From the NCBI GenBank assembly GCA_965285935.1, contig OZ260665.1:39680001-39744000 (forward strand): a DNA stretch of 64,000 nt. The letters run 5' to 3'. A program made the translations under genes and the position numbers. Positions 1 to 15,000 of this stretch are shown in pieces. How positions within the stretch are numbered: position 1 is the stretch's first letter; each line of letters begins with the position of its first letter. The notes beneath the pieces were generated by a model. It was not told the origin of the DNA. It made no database searches and saw only the letters and a program-made list of their open reading frames with translations. This DNA comes from Ophelia neglecta. Taxonomy: Eukaryota.

Positions 1-1019
1 TAATACTGACTGTGGTTAATTCAATGGAACAGGAATTGGACATCAGGGTGAAAATACAAAACGAAACGTTCGCCAGTGGAAAGTAGCCAGAAGTTAGCGG
101 CTGATCGCAACTTTTATCACTTGACCGGTATTTACAACACAAAGCTGCTTAGTAGTGAATGCACGTCCTTCAATAATTGTCTTTGAGTCCTCGAGACAAT
201 TTGACCTTGAACTAAGTATAGCCTTGAAATAAATGATATACAGGGTAGTTGTATACACACCAGGAAACTGTTGTGCGTCTTCCCAATTCGGAGTTGTTTA
301 TTACAAGCGCAGAGAGGTGAGGGGGGGAGGGGGGGGCATTTCTTATAATTCTGGTTATCACTGGTAATGATGCTGTCAAATACAGACGACAGACACATAG
401 TGCTGGAGGGCGGGCAGACAAACATTATGATTGTTCAAGGCTGACAAGGTTCTAGGACACTGAGTTTAACAAACTGATCGCATAATGATAAGACCTTTTC
501 CCTTAATGTTTGTTGTTTACTAAATGCGATATGGCGGACTTTTTAATAGGCTCATACAGTTTTTTTTAGTTTTTTCTCATATCGTAGCTTTTAATCGTGT
601 CAAATCGTCATATTTTCCGTCTTAGCACAGTCGGGCTGGTTCATTGCCTCTTCCATTCATAAATGTCTTTGTTGGCGGTTAAACCATTTTACGTGATGCA
701 AGGGGCGTGTAGGTATAGAAGTGTGACCCATATTCTCTTAATGACAAAAAAAGTAACAAAACACATATATGAAGTTATTATATCTTTAGTAATTCCATTA
801 ATCAATATTACTTGGTTTTTGAAATAGTGAAGTGAAATAAAGTAATCAGTTTTTGACAATCAAAATGAATATGTCAATAATTGCCACCCCAGACGAAAGT
901 TGACAATGGCCCAGTCCATCGCCTGTCAAGTCTGTCGACATGGCAACCGTGACGTAATGCGGTCAGAGTTTGTTGTGGTATCCACTATGTTGCTAAGGGT
1001 TTGTAAAATTTAACATAAA

Positions 1020-1140
1020 CAAATGACGTGTGACCTGTCTCGATTTTTAAAAAGGTCACACAGACACATACTTGCAGTGTCAAATGACGTGTGACCTGTC
1101 TCAATTTTTAAAAAGGTCACACGGACACATACTTGCAGTG
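1020..1140. repeat. 61-bp tandem duplication, each unit with an internal inverted repeat
   Basis: CAAATGACGTGTGACCTGTCTC.ATTTTTAAAAAGGTCACAC.GACACATACTTGCAGTG at 1020 and 1081. Confidence 0.92.
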
Positions 1141-4100
1141 ACAGTCTACACATGTTGCTTTTTCTGTCTGCAATCATCTGAATCAGTTATTTTTCGTGAT
1201 AAATGATCGAGTAATTTGGAATTAGCTGTTGAGAATCTGCCCGTCAAATTATGCACACACTATGCAGAAACGAAATGTTTTAATAACGAGCACACTAATA
1301 AAGTCAGCCCAGTGACAGCAAACAAAAAAGTCTTAGTGTCTCATCCGGAGCCTGCTTGTGACAATATTATCTCTATAACAGAAATCACAGCCATATGTGT
1401 TCTCAGAACAGCAAACATAAGAACTGACAATTTAAATTACAAACAAGATGCAGCAGAAAATAGAACCTTAGAGGGTAAAAAACAAAACATTACTCAAAGT
1501 GATCGGCCATACCAATCAAAATACAAAATGGAACGATTGAAAATGTATTAACGGAACGGAACGAATGGTGGAAAAGCCCAAACAGCTACTACCATACTAT
1601 AACAGACGGCCTATCTGGGTCGATCGCGCCTAGAATGGACGGGACAAATCCAAAAGCCACCATTTCCAAAGACCACTGGATGATCGTCACTCAGGGCGCC
1701 CGGTATGTAGGCCTACCCATTGACACTGAATAACACCACTCCGCGAAGGGAAGGCTAAAAGATCAAAAGAAAACAGAACAACACGACTAACTTCCACAGA
1801 AAGATAGAAAGCACAAAATGAAAGTGATAAGAAGAGAAATCGTGGTTTGAGGGTTAAAACTAAGAGAAGATACAATACTGTACTTACAGCACATCGACAT
1901 TGATAAATACTAAAGTGATGATGATCTCGCGCGCGATATTAGTGACTTTGCTTAAGAGAAAGGAGTAGGCATTATTTCAGCCAAAATCGTAAGAATTAGT
2001 AAAAATAACTTATATAGCCGGGTGTGAATTATTTGTCAGTGAGACCTTAGCCTAGAAGCTCCTACACCAGACCTTGTGACCAGACGGGATATCTGGTAGA
2101 AAATGGGAAATACCCCCCCCCCCCCTTACGGACGAAACGGTGACCCCAACTATGCCTTAGATCGTACGTTATGGTCAAACAATGGACGGCGCCACAACCG
2201 CCAGTGGGATGAAGATACCGAAGCAAGGGAAGAAACCCGTGACAGGAGACAAGTAATTGACTATAACCACAAACTCGTTAATTTGCACTCCCAATTTAAT
2301 GGCACGGTTAAAACTAGCAAAGCACTAAGAACTAACGTACGGACATCATATTAGTTATGGTGGTGTCGGGCTGCTTTGGAGAAAAGATCTATATAATGTT
2401 AAAACTATTGGTAATACCGACGAATAGACGAATTATGAACTCTCAGAATGAAGCTCTTAGTCTATTGCCACTGTAAATCCCCAACCAGCATAGTAAATCA
2501 CATTTAAATTGTATATTTTTAGTATATATACAATCTGCTCGACTACACATTTGATACTAAGATTACCACATGTACTCCTACTCAGCTTGCGATGCTCAAG
2601 CGTGTTTCAGTACTCGAGTGACCTATTGAGACACTTCAGGTGGTCAGCTTATAATGGTTGGTATCCGGATAGTAATATCTTTTCGCGTCCGGTTGCTTTA
2701 GGACACAAAGTTCACTCAAAGCGAACGTTATTGGATCGGTAATAAATTGCTCTATTGATCCGGGTCAGTCATTTCCATCTGAGTAGATCTCTGCCATATT
2801 ATTTGACCTCAAACTAGCCGTAGTGTTGCGGGCGTCCGGACGTGCCATTTGATCCGAACTGTCTTTCGCTATTTCAAAGATTTACTTTCGTTCTTTTGCC
2901 GAAATTGACGATGATTCGGTAATCAAATTGAGCAGTGTAATCGAATTTCTACTAAACGCCCATGCGCACAGAGATGGTTTTGATTTGTTTTGGTCGTCTG
3001 CGTTAGTTTTGATTGCCTGAGAGGAAGCAGGGCCATTCTCACGTGGGCGGTCAGCACCAATTAGGATCTGGTATCCCTGATTTAAATAACATCCTGGTCC
3101 CCTAGGGATTTAATGGGGTCTCAGCTTTAACCCAAATTCCTTGATCTTATCCATACCATAAGTACTGCCAGAAAGTAGGAAATGTGTAAAACATATTGTT
3201 TTATTATACATGGATGTATTATCCCATACTATTTATTGTTACTATTCCTTTCGGCACAAACCTTAGCACGAACAATGAGATAAAGTAGAAGACGCGGTAT
3301 ATGAATGGGTACTAATGTTTGATAAAAGAGCCTTTGCGCAATGAAGATGACACCTTTTAGTTTCTTTTAAGATCAAGGGCATTGCATTTACTTATTTAGT
3401 ACAGACGCATCATATTCTTTTTCCATGCACTGTGTCCTGTTTTCTCTGCATGTGCAATTTAGTTCATTTCAATCCAGTTTATTTTGGTCCGTTCATATCG
3501 AGTACAATAATATAGTATTTTAAGTTATTTAAAATTATATTATTGACCAGGGTTGACCCCACTTAGATATTCAAAGAGATATAATCATGTGGTTTATTTC
3601 ATTTTAAACTGAATATTTTTATTAATCGACAAAGCCCCTGCACCCTAAGGATAAGGGTGTTGTACATTTATATTTATATCTCTGGGATAAATACTTTTAT
3701 GTAACACTTGAAGCCTTGAATAAAATGCGGGTAAATGTTATACTGGATTTCCCTCGGAGTATCGTTAATAATTTTCACCACAGTATGCAAGAAACACTTT
3801 TCTGCGAGGCTATTTTTGGACACAGGACAGTAAAGGTTCTCACGCTTTCTTGAGTTATATTAGGTAGATAATTGTAATTCTTTGTGTATGCCTCTTCTCC
3901 TCACAATCATTGCTTGGTCTCATTTACTGAAACAGTCACAGGCCGCTTAATTGTGTACTGCTTCTAATTATTGCTTTAAGCCGGTTTTAGTGTATGATTA
4001 TGTGCGAGTCTATGTAATGTGCTCAGAGGAAAGCTAATCTATATATTTAACGCAAGGGAGGATGCAAGAAAACAGCCATGATTAATTTCTTTCCTTCAGT

Positions 4101-7100
4101 CCCATCCATCATTATTTGAAGCTCTTCTAAATGATACAAAGTTGGAACTTGTTAACAAAGACTCATTCTTGCCTTAATGATGACTGTAGAATGAAGAGTT
4201 CAACGATGTCGACGACGAAGTCATATTAAGGACACTGCCGCTCGGTTTTTACAGGGGTATATTCTATTAAGTCCTCAGTTAGATAGGAGTACATAGTATT
4301 ATTTAGTACTCAGTTTGACAAGAATATACTCATCCTGTTTAGTGTTCATTTGACCAAAGTACCGATACAAAAATGCATCGATCGTGTTTATTGGTTCAAT
4401 CCTGTAAACTGAAACGAGTTCTGGTAAAGAGCTGATAAAATGTTACCCCCCCCCCCCACCCCCCAGCAGTAGTAGCATCGCTATACGGCAAAATAAACAT
4501 AATAAATCTGGTTAAGATAAATACCTGAGGCAGAGAGCATTGCACTTAGAAACTAAATATAAACATTTGATTTGCATATCTGATTGCGGCTCTGGCGAAG
4601 TTGTATAAATCACAGTTTGGCAGACGAAATTATCTTCCATCTTTATTTGTTTCAACACTTTACGTGAAAATTAATCGCCTCAATTCAGAAACTCAGTATG
4701 AAAAAATTCTCTCGCCAATTGTAAATAAAAGTAGTACCAGAAAAAAAGTTCTCTTTTTAAACCGGAAGTGCCATTCGTATCTCCGGGAACCACCTTTGAA
4801 CATTGCGGAAATGGATCTGTGATGCAAAACATCAGCCACTACTCGGCATCAAACTACACTGATTTGAACTTGCCTATGCACAACGGCTGAGCCTGGAGTC
4901 AATTGGATTTATTTATAATGGTCCATTACTCTTACTTCGTTGCTCATTATGACTCCACCATGATGAGTCAATCAACGATGCTACAAATTGACATAGACCA
5001 GTCATGTCGCTAGTCTGGAAATTGTTTAAGGTGGAAGATAAGTCCAAACTTCCAGTGGATGCATTTGGTTTATAAGTTTGAAAATAAACTATATATTGAT
5101 GTATATATCTCTAACCCAATACCTTTATAAATATTATAAAATTTAATAATTGGAAATAAAAGCGCTCCACCTATGTGATTGTTTGGTTCGAGAGAGAGAG
5201 CACTTCATTTCGCTTAAACACTCGTACCCTTGTCAAAACTCAAACACTGGCAACTTCCTTATGAAAACTCGAACTCCATAAATCCAGCCACCGGCTGCCG
5301 TAAAATCATTCATTGCCAGAACCAATACTCAAAAGGCGCCTCTTGTTGCCTTCCTCATTTCAAAGGGGATTTTAGAGTACTATAAATGCGCTGTTTATCC
5401 GGTAAAAGGCCAATCATCAGACTATCAAAGCGCTGTAAACATTGCTTATCGCAAACTTCTGATTCAACATAGATTTGCCCTTGTTTTCCTCGTCATATTG
5501 CGATCCATGAATATCTAAAAAAATTGACCAATGAAAATGTGGAATGGTACAAACTTATAATAAAAAAGCCCTTTATTTTCTTATCTTAGCATGAATATTT
5601 CAATAGTTCTTTCAACTCTTTTAACATAAGTGCTCAGCAGTTAATGGGGAAGTGAACACATTCAGGACAATATAATATGAGGCATTAAATTAAATCCCTT
5701 GGGCAAACACAAAAAGCTTTTTATGACATACCCATATCATTTAACCCGCTTTCTAATGATGATTTTTTGCTCTTTGATTTATGAAGGGTTGTGTTGACAT
5801 CACGACACAGTCACATGTATATTCTGGTTAACATTTTTGCACGTTTGTTTAGGCCTTGTTGTATATCTAACGAGCGGAGCATGTTTTCCAGTCATACTGG
5901 TCTGGTCACCCTTTTGGCGACGGTTATTGTTACTTGAGCCAAATGCAACGCCGCAATTCAATATTTAAAGAACCAGAATAACAATGTATTTAGTTCTGGG
6001 TTAGTTTCGTACACATTAGTATTTGTAAGATAATCCTAGCTCTGGTCGTTGTAGACTACAGTGGACAGCGTAGTCTAAACGAACCAGTGGTGAATGCAGT
6101 TAGCATTTCGCGCGTATCCACCACAAATAAGGTTGGACACACACACACACAAATAACGAAAGAACAAAGTCGTTTATGGCGCTGTATACCGTTATTACGG
6201 CTAATGCCACCTCAGCCTAGTTAGTCAAGACAGGGACAATATACAGTTTTGCGGTTACCCAGAGGGGTAACAAATTCCACTTATACCAATGGGTACCTTA
6301 CTCATGCAGTATTTGTAGACCACACAATGACAGCTATATAGCTTGATTGTTTACATAACGCTCCCTGCTTGTCATCCACGTCAAAGGTTCAATAAGGGGT
6401 GATAATAATAATATTAGGGGCTTCACCTCCTTTTGAGTGAGGTATGGATACTTCAATTATGTTAGAGGAATACGAAAAAGCACACGCTTACATGCGAAAT
6501 ATAACGTTACAATGTAAAAGAGATTTAGAAGAATTCAAATTGTCACAATGTTTTTATTTTTATTTTATTTTTGCTGTTGAAGGCGAATGAATGAAAATAT
6601 GCAGATAATTCTTTTTATTTTTCATAAATTAGAACCCCACAATTCCATAGGGAAAACATCAACTAAAAGCCACTTTTAAACCAAGGAGACAACTGGTTTA
6701 ATTATGACTTCAATAGGCCCATATTTGGCTCAAACACTTGGCTGACTTCTTGTCATATTGTCTACAGGGGGACATTATAGAAAACAACACGTCAATGGCC
6801 CTGATGAACACGTGTTTCCACAGGCCATAAGAAATAACGGGTGTTTGAATTTATTTGAACGTGTTTTCCCAAATAATACCCAGCAGGTTTCGGTGTCTAT
6901 TGAACCGAGACTGATTGTGTATGTGTTACACCTGGCGCAGCCTAACGAACACTATTGCGTCATTAAAGCGTTCAATAAAACGTCTAAACACCGAACGTTT
7001 AAACGGCGGATATTGATCACAAAAATGATCGATTTGCTACAAATGTCACGAAATGCCAAAAACCATGGCCCGGACGCTAATGATTCCGTCATAAGCACAC

Positions 7101-8655
7101 CAATATTGAGTGTGAGCGAATAAACGTCCGATAAATCCCCACCAGGGGCTACAAAACATGTCAACCGCTCCACAAATGGGCACCGTAGTGCGTGGTTTAG
7201 TTTCTGCAAGCTAAAATAGTTGAAATGTGACGCAATTCCCTTCCATTTTCGTGATAACAGCCAACAACGAGATAGAAATGAACAGAATAGATCTGGCGGT
7301 AGCCACGTGTGAGACTATGGCGAAAAAATGAACTTTATGAATAATTCGACTCTGGAAGCGTACAATAAATATCCAAACTTCGCCCTCGTGGAGCCTTATC
7401 AAGATGGAGGTCTTAAGGTGAATTCATACCAGTCAAGGGGTATAAATAGATTTCATCGTTTGGGGGTGTAAGCGAAAAGGTCCAATTGTGATTTTTTGTC
7501 GACATTGAGTTATTGGATTGAAATTATTCCCATGGCCTTCGACTTTAATAATAAGCTGTCCTGAAATGCAATTAGGGCTTTATCACTCGTCACCATGGCA
7601 ACGATATAAGATATTTTATTAGCATCAATGTATAATAAATGGTTACTATAACAATCAGTTTTCAGACATAACAAAATATTTCAGCTACATTGTATGTATT
7701 CGGTGTTAAACAGATATAGATCTATGACGTTCACCAAGTTTTGTCATTAAAATTTGTTAAGACCACAACACTGTATTTACCAGGAAACTCTTTTTATATC
7801 CTCAATTGTCCCAAACAATTGTGTTCAATGCTCTACGTAGGCAGGTTTGTCAAACCGCAAAATGAAATCCAAATTATCCTATACCAAAGCTAGGGAATAA
7901 TACATTGGCTTTCTTTATACACATTTAAATGATAAACATTGGTCGAAACTGGAAAATAAATCTACTAAAGGGCAAATGGGTAGTTAGAGCGTCATCCACA
8001 CTTCCTGTTAACATTTAGTTCAATGGAAATTATAGCAATTTATAGACTACTTTCAGAATTCTAACTGCCTGAACATCCTACGTTATGCCCGTTGGCAACA
8101 TTAAACAATAAGGCTAAATAAGCAATATATAGTCGAGAAAAATTAATTAAGGTTGAAATGCTCCAAAATATTACTCTTCTTTATTATTATATCTTGGTAA
8201 GCCAGTGCTGCAAAATAGATCCATTTACAAATGAGCGCTCCTAATATTGTTATGTCCTTGTGTGATAAAGCATATTGCATGATGTAATTGATCATTTTTC
8301 TACTGTACTTTCTTTGCACAGTAGAATGGCGGGCTTAAAAGGTTTTGTTTGGCGGTAAAATGCCAAATAACGCCAACGTATTGAGTCCTTTGTGCCTTTA
8401 ATATTTAATTCATTTCATTGCAATAATATGCATTTTTTTTCAGATTAGGCATAAGTACTGATATTCCCATGTGGATTTTGATATACCTTTGTACGGCCCA
8501 AGTAATTGCAGGCGTAAGGCCCTGCCTGCAGTGTCAGACAAGATGGACGAGCACTTGGTATTACCATAATCGTCTACTCTGTAGCATATTATAATAATAC
8601 GTGTGCATAATTTGCAGTGTGATGAATTACTTCATTTCTTCGCGGCATGGGGTTC

Positions 8656-8971
8656 AAGGCCATCATTTTTTAATGTGTTGGTTTACCAAAAGTTTTCCCG
8701 TGCTATGGACAAGGCGGAAGGGAAAAAATAGAAAATTAAATTAATATTTTAAAGGAGAAAAAAGAGAAAAAAATTGGTAGAGGAACTCGCAAAAATGCTT
8801 GTTAAAAGCATTTTAAATTCAATATAATATTCTACAAAGAAAATTCGGGTTCTGGGATCATTTTTCTGAACAGGGGAACATATTGGCAAATTCCCACTTT
8901 ATTTTTTTTCCAATTTTAATAAAATTGACCAGGGCGGTCATGTAAACCAACATGTTAAAAATGATGGCCTT
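8656..8971. mobile_element. Non-autonomous DNA transposon (MITE) with about 30-bp TIRs
   Basis: Left AAGGCCATCATTTTTTAATGTGTTGGTTTAC versus right GTAAACCAACATGTTAAAAATGATGGCCTT. No coding capacity; the TSD is ambiguous (TA/TWA type). Confidence 0.8.
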
Positions 8972-11969
8972 ATTTGCAATATTATTTCTGTCACACAGAT
9001 GGGATTTGCAAAATAAAATAAACCTATCTAGCAACGTCGGTTTTCCGCGTCCATTTGGCTGGTAAACAAGTGAGATCCTTACCGTGTGATCGGAACAATA
9101 AATCAGCTGGCAACAGATGTTATATACGCATATTGATGTTGCCTTTGATTTTTGTTTCTTCTCTAGATTTGGTCAGTATAAACGAGTTACCAGGATTGAC
9201 TTAAAAAACGCGATTAAAAACCGGGCAGATAATACAACATCATCAGCTTCAGGCAGTTCTCTAAGGCTAAGGGTAAGAGAATTCTCTGAGAATTAAGTAG
9301 TTAACTGTTTTCTTTAGTTAAAAAGCAAAGCAGCCAGCCAGTCATTGATGAATGTAGGAAAAACGATGAAAATTATGCTCCAGGCTTAGGAGAATCTCTG
9401 AATATGCTCTCTCAATAATAAGCAAACATTTAAAAAGATATAATAACCAAATAAATTTAAGAAGTCATTGCATAGTGAAGAGGAATACGGGATTATGTTT
9501 CCTAGATACTGCAATAAATAAAAATTCGAGAAATGAACCAGTCACGTTTTAATTGTGACAGTACACGTGTCTCTGCAAAAATAAACTATGTAATACCAGT
9601 ATGAAGGACACCCATATCGGCCTTAACCTTGGGATTAGCGGATTAGATCAGTAAAATTTACTGCAGACCTTTACAGCGGTAGGTGTCAAAACAAAAGCAA
9701 CTAGAACCTAAACAAGAATAGTCTTAAAGAGAGTTTACGATTGCAGAAATGGACTGAAACTAAGCTACAAGTCCTCAAACGTTTGTTTCATTAAAATAAA
9801 CTGGTGCAATTCCTTAGGAAATACCCGTTTGAAACTGCAAAGTTCATAACCCTGGGTCAGTAATTCATTCATCAGGGCTACGTGGCTGTGTCAAAATCGG
9901 ACAGATATGCTCATGATCGAACAAATGCCACGAAATTTTTCGAAGTATACATACAGTATATTGGGGAATTGGGAACATCACTATAGGGTCCCTAATTATA
10001 TGAAATGGGATGGTTATTGATGGAAATCGAAATAAAGTTCAACTAATCCCTTTGGCTGGTTGACGTTTGCCCAGCAACCGTTAGTATCTGATCAAGCTTC
10101 CCGCCGAGATTTTGGGTAATTTCATGTGGATCCCTGACATATAATAGTTGTTTATCTCGTCTGTCTTGTTTCAGACCACATCACCGTCATAGGTCAGTTG
10201 GTCTGTTTGATCTGATGAATGGGAGGAAACACGCTAACCAAGTTTTATGGCGAAAAGTTAATATCGCATCGGCAAGAGTAAAGAAAATAAATGTTCATGT
10301 CAAAGCTTTGATGTCGCATGCTTTATTATTAGTGTGTCGCAGACATAAAACGAAATGTGGAAACTCTTTCAAGGAAGAAAACTCGTTACTTTAGTCAAAG
10401 TTTTAGTCATAGAGTGATTCATAAAGTGGTTGTCCGATTATGAACACACTGAGAAAGAAGATAACGTTCTTTCATTTCAACATAGCACATCAATCGTGTT
10501 GGCTTACTTAAATTTTCTTGAATTAGGTCGAAGGTAAATCCCGATTTCAGCTATTCATCGAGCGATGTTTATTAAATTTTGTCAAAATGTATCCTTTTTT
10601 GTTACTTAGTTCTTTACTAATAAATGGTGAATTATCTAGGTAGTTATTTCAGAGTTTTTCCTAGCAAATATAGGCTGTAAGCAGTCCTTCGTTCCTATCA
10701 ATGTTTGCTTCGCTTAGATATTTGAATTATTCAAGTCACCATCTTGACATTTTCAAGTGCTTATTCTCTGCTACATGAATTGGTTTGAAAAAAGTGAGAA
10801 TGTAAACTGTCACAAGTTCGTTTGATTACTTGGTATAAGCAGTTTTAGTAGACTAAGATTTAAGATATGCTATTAGGAATTTATGTTGGCACAGAGGCTG
10901 CACAGATATGATCTTATTTTTCATATAAGTATAGTCTTCTTCATTAACATTCACTTCATCTATAAGACTTAGCTAATAGAGAAAAACTTCACATACTTAT
11001 GCAATGTTTTTATTGATTATTAGACTCAGTGAAAGATATTTAGAAAACAGACTTGGGTTTTTCGATAGGCCGGAAGGTTTTAAGCGAACATGTAAATAAA
11101 AGGCAAATCATAAATTAAGAAAAGCCTATAAATCGTACGGAACCACCAGGCGTCACAGGCAACAACATTGTATAATATTGTGCGTTACGCCACATGGACA
11201 TCAGAATTACAAGTAGGTTCAAGGACCCCACAATATTACCCTACATTAAGCTTGTTTACTGAAAACATAGCATGGTGGTAAATATAGGACCCTGTCTAAC
11301 AGCAAGGAAGCTATAGAGATCGACCCTATAGGGTGGAGAATACCTGCCTGTCACTAGAATGGCCTGAGGGGGAAGGACATCACTATTTTAAGGTTCGAAA
11401 TGACGTTGTAGGAAAATTATAGGCATAATAGATCTTTTGCATGTTGTTTGTTGCTAAGGTAAAGGACATGCCGATAAATAGATAAATTTGAGTTTGCCAA
11501 AAAAAATTACGCAACGAAAGGAAGGTGATTACCCCAACAACTCTAACCCTCAAGCCCATCCGAGTTCCGTTCTGCATGTTCTTTTGAAATGCAGGTTGTT
11601 CCGTCAATGGTTAATACGCTTAAGAAGTATAATTCGGCGGTTGTTGTATTATGGTATATATTCATTTAGTATAGAAACATGTCTTATATTGACATATGTA
11701 CAGAAGTGAAAACAAAACCAGATAACTAGTTTAACTGGTAACCAGGACTGGTTTTGCATCTATTTTCGTTGATATATATGTCTAGACACCGGGCGTTTGT
11801 GTTTACTTGGCATTTGGCTAAAGAATATTGCTGAATATTTTAAAGCCACAAATCAGATAGTGCTTAGTATGTTTTGTCTCTTGCGTCGTGTAGTTTTCAG
11901 ACGAATAATCACATTTCTGAACATAGAGAGGACTGCATGAAGACTGGATAATAATTCACAATAACATAC

Positions 11970-12054
11970 CCAGGGCACTGCGACCGAGGGCGAGCAGAGC
12001 AAACGTGAGGAGGCGGCAGACAAATAGCTTTGCATACGCCTTGAATGACACCAA
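11970..12054 (-). other. Signal-peptide-like phase-1 exon of a possible downstream gene, lacking an in-frame ATG
   Basis: ACC-TTG-G then (L)VSFKAYAKLFVCRLLTFALLALGRSAL-G|GTATGT. Same architecture as the nAChR exon 1. Confidence 0.35.
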
Positions 12055-15000
12055 GGTTTTATGTCCCCTAGACAAATCGTTCTAGTCTATATTACCGGAC
12101 TTATAGGCAATAGACGGGCTGGATTTATAACATTTCAGCCCGACATAGGGCGGTGTATGTTGTCAAAAGTCGGCTCAAAGCGTAAGAGAAATATATAAAT
12201 AACATGTTTTTCTAATGCCAACCAGGATAACCTATAGACTAGGAAGAATTATGTATCTCCTGAAAAGTACCACTCCGTACCCACATAAAGCAATAGCATC
12301 AATAACAGAACACAATTTTCAATTTGTACGTTCTGGAAAAGAAATTCTTGATACGCGTGAAAAAAATACATTAACAAATTTCCGATGCTTTTTAATGCAT
12401 TAATTTCCGGTATAACATACAAGTACCTGTGCTTCCCAATGCTACTGTTTTCTACTAATCATCAAATGTATAATAACCAATAACGTGGCATTTGTAAGCC
12501 GCACAACTCTTTTTAAGTGGCTTACTATATTGCAGAAAGAAACTTGTTATCTTGCTTCCACATTACAATCACAAATTTGGACGATAAGGAATGTTATCAA
12601 TGTACATGTAATTGGTTGTAGCAGACAGATGCTCCAGGACTGAGCTCACGGAGTTCTTGACCCTAGGTTATTTTCGTATTTGGGAATCAAACAATTAATT
12701 CACACCTAAGCAGCTAATGTTTCTAGTAAACATATGAAAAAATTGGAAATAGGCCCCTAATGCATGGTATGTGCACGATAAAATACGTTTTGACTGATTT
12801 GGTGTTCTTAAATTGCGCTCTTGATATCATATATTGGATCCCTTGTTTCACTCAGGCAGCTTGATCCATGACGGTGACTGCACGGTAAATACCGTATTAT
12901 CATAATGCTGCCTTGTTAAGATTAGCAGACGATAACACTTGAACTCGCGGACCATGGTAATATTATCATATGCCGCCTGATTCCATCCATACTCCCCGGC
13001 GTATCTATATTGTGCCGTTTCCTGAAGGAAATGCATGGATGTTATACGTATGGTCATTAGATGGTAGTAGGCTTAAGATTTTATATAAGCCGGATTACGT
13101 CTAACGACATTACAACACATACCAAATCAGCAACACCCGTCTTTCAGGGGTTGAAGATACTTAAAATAGTCGCTTTCAGTGGTTCACAAACAGTAAATAT
13201 AGGTGGCCACTGCCCTACTACACACAACAAATAAGTGCTTCTTAAACCAGAGGCACCATCTTCAGTAGAACACTGAAATGATACGGAGACGTAAGAAAAA
13301 AAACTTGAAACCCTGGAGAAGATTGATCGGAGTTTCTGCTGGCAACCAACGTTTTTAAGTTTACAAAGGCGGCCACTGTATAGCCATTATGACTATCGCA
13401 AACCTGGGTAACTATACAACTATTATAATAGGCTATCCGAGATTTTTAGATTTTACTGGCATGTCCTTTTATGACTCGCTGAATTCCAAATGACCATGTT
13501 TGTCCTGGTGATACTAATGCATACTAATGTATACTTATCATGAACCCGACTGCCCTCGCAATATCTTACCAAACTTGTGTTCATATAACGGCATGCTCAT
13601 AAACTGTATTACCTGATATAAACTCTCTAAATAGTGGAGCTGACGTTTAAAGATTATTATAAATCATAGCTTTTAGAGGTCAAATAATGGAAGGGAGGCT
13701 AAATCGCGTCCCCCTAACAATAACTCACAGTGCTATTCGGCGCAGCTCTCGGCATGGAGGATCCTTTTTGTCAGGGTGCATTGATCAATGACCGATCACT
13801 CAAATACGCTTCTCATCCATAAGTATCTTTTACGAGTGCGTCCATGATGAATATGGCCCTAGTTTCTAGGTGGTGGCTCGATAACGATAATTACTTTCAT
13901 CGTATGGCGGTATAAAATGCTCATCAATTTGATCTAATATTGGCTTAATGTCGAATCCGACCGAACAACCCATGCATAGGTTCATTATTTTGAGCTACGA
14001 GATACCACCGCCTCCAGATCACGTGCACAGCTATTATGTATGGATGTCGCCAAGTAAGCTATGGTGTTAGAAAAGACGACAATTTGGAATTGCTACTGAT
14101 GTGATGATTATCTTGATAAACTTGACAAATTTTACTAAGAATTAACAATGTCGTCGGCTTATCTTGTGAACTGTTATTTTATGGAGGCAGACTTGAATTC
14201 CGCATGTTTATCATTTACTTCAATCTCTTGTCCAATCTATATGTACGTTGACAGAGGATATAACAAGATAATTATATTTTGTGATTGGTGAATATTTTAA
14301 TCAATGAATAATAACGATTCTATAGGGAAGTCATGTGACAATCCAATGATAAAAGGCAAACAACTAGTATTCCTGGCAGATCTTACAAACAAATATAAAC
14401 ATTTATAGAACAAAATGATTAAGGATATCTATCGAATTTGCCTGCAATAACATGGATATAAGCTACCCATAGGCGTGCAATCACGTGGCCAACTCGGCCC
14501 TCCAATTTAACCAGGATATTCAGGACGAAAGTCGTACTCAATGTCAAGTTCGTAGCGATGGAAAACAGTTGTGTTTGTTTTTATTTGCCAATAGAGTAGC
14601 AGATTTACAACGTTAGGGATATTCTTGGACCGAAAAGCACCTACTGTTTACTTTTACTCAGATAGCAGCGCCTTAGAAAATACCACATCTGAAATATGTT
14701 TATATATACACTCTGTATAGCTGAACATTCATATGACTGGTATACAGTGCATTGATACAGGTTCTCTTACAAGAAATCGATTCCAGTCAGTTGGATGAGT
14801 CCTACAAATCCCTCGTGTGTGTCATTCCATCATACTGATGCTAGATGCTAATGATGAACGTTATTTACACTAAGATCATAATATTATTATTAAAGCTCGT
14901 TTCTGCACTTATAATTTTAGCCCATTTCGCACGCTAGTAGAAATGGAAACAATTACTGCGTCTTATCTCGTTTTGGTGTAACTGCTCTAGTTGCAGACTC

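Noticed and set aside
7589-7602. X-box GTCACCATGGCAAC
   Set aside because: It lies in sequence resembling common invertebrate non-autonomous repeats (CCATGGCAAC...ACCAAGTTT) and is far from the promoter.
12888-13021. Possible minus-strand exon (TTTCCTTCAG|ETAQYRYAGEYGWNQAAYDN...)
   Set aside because: The donor is weak and the peptide is unrecognisable. The internal repeat TATTATCATA(A)TGC.GCCT fits non-coding sequence better.
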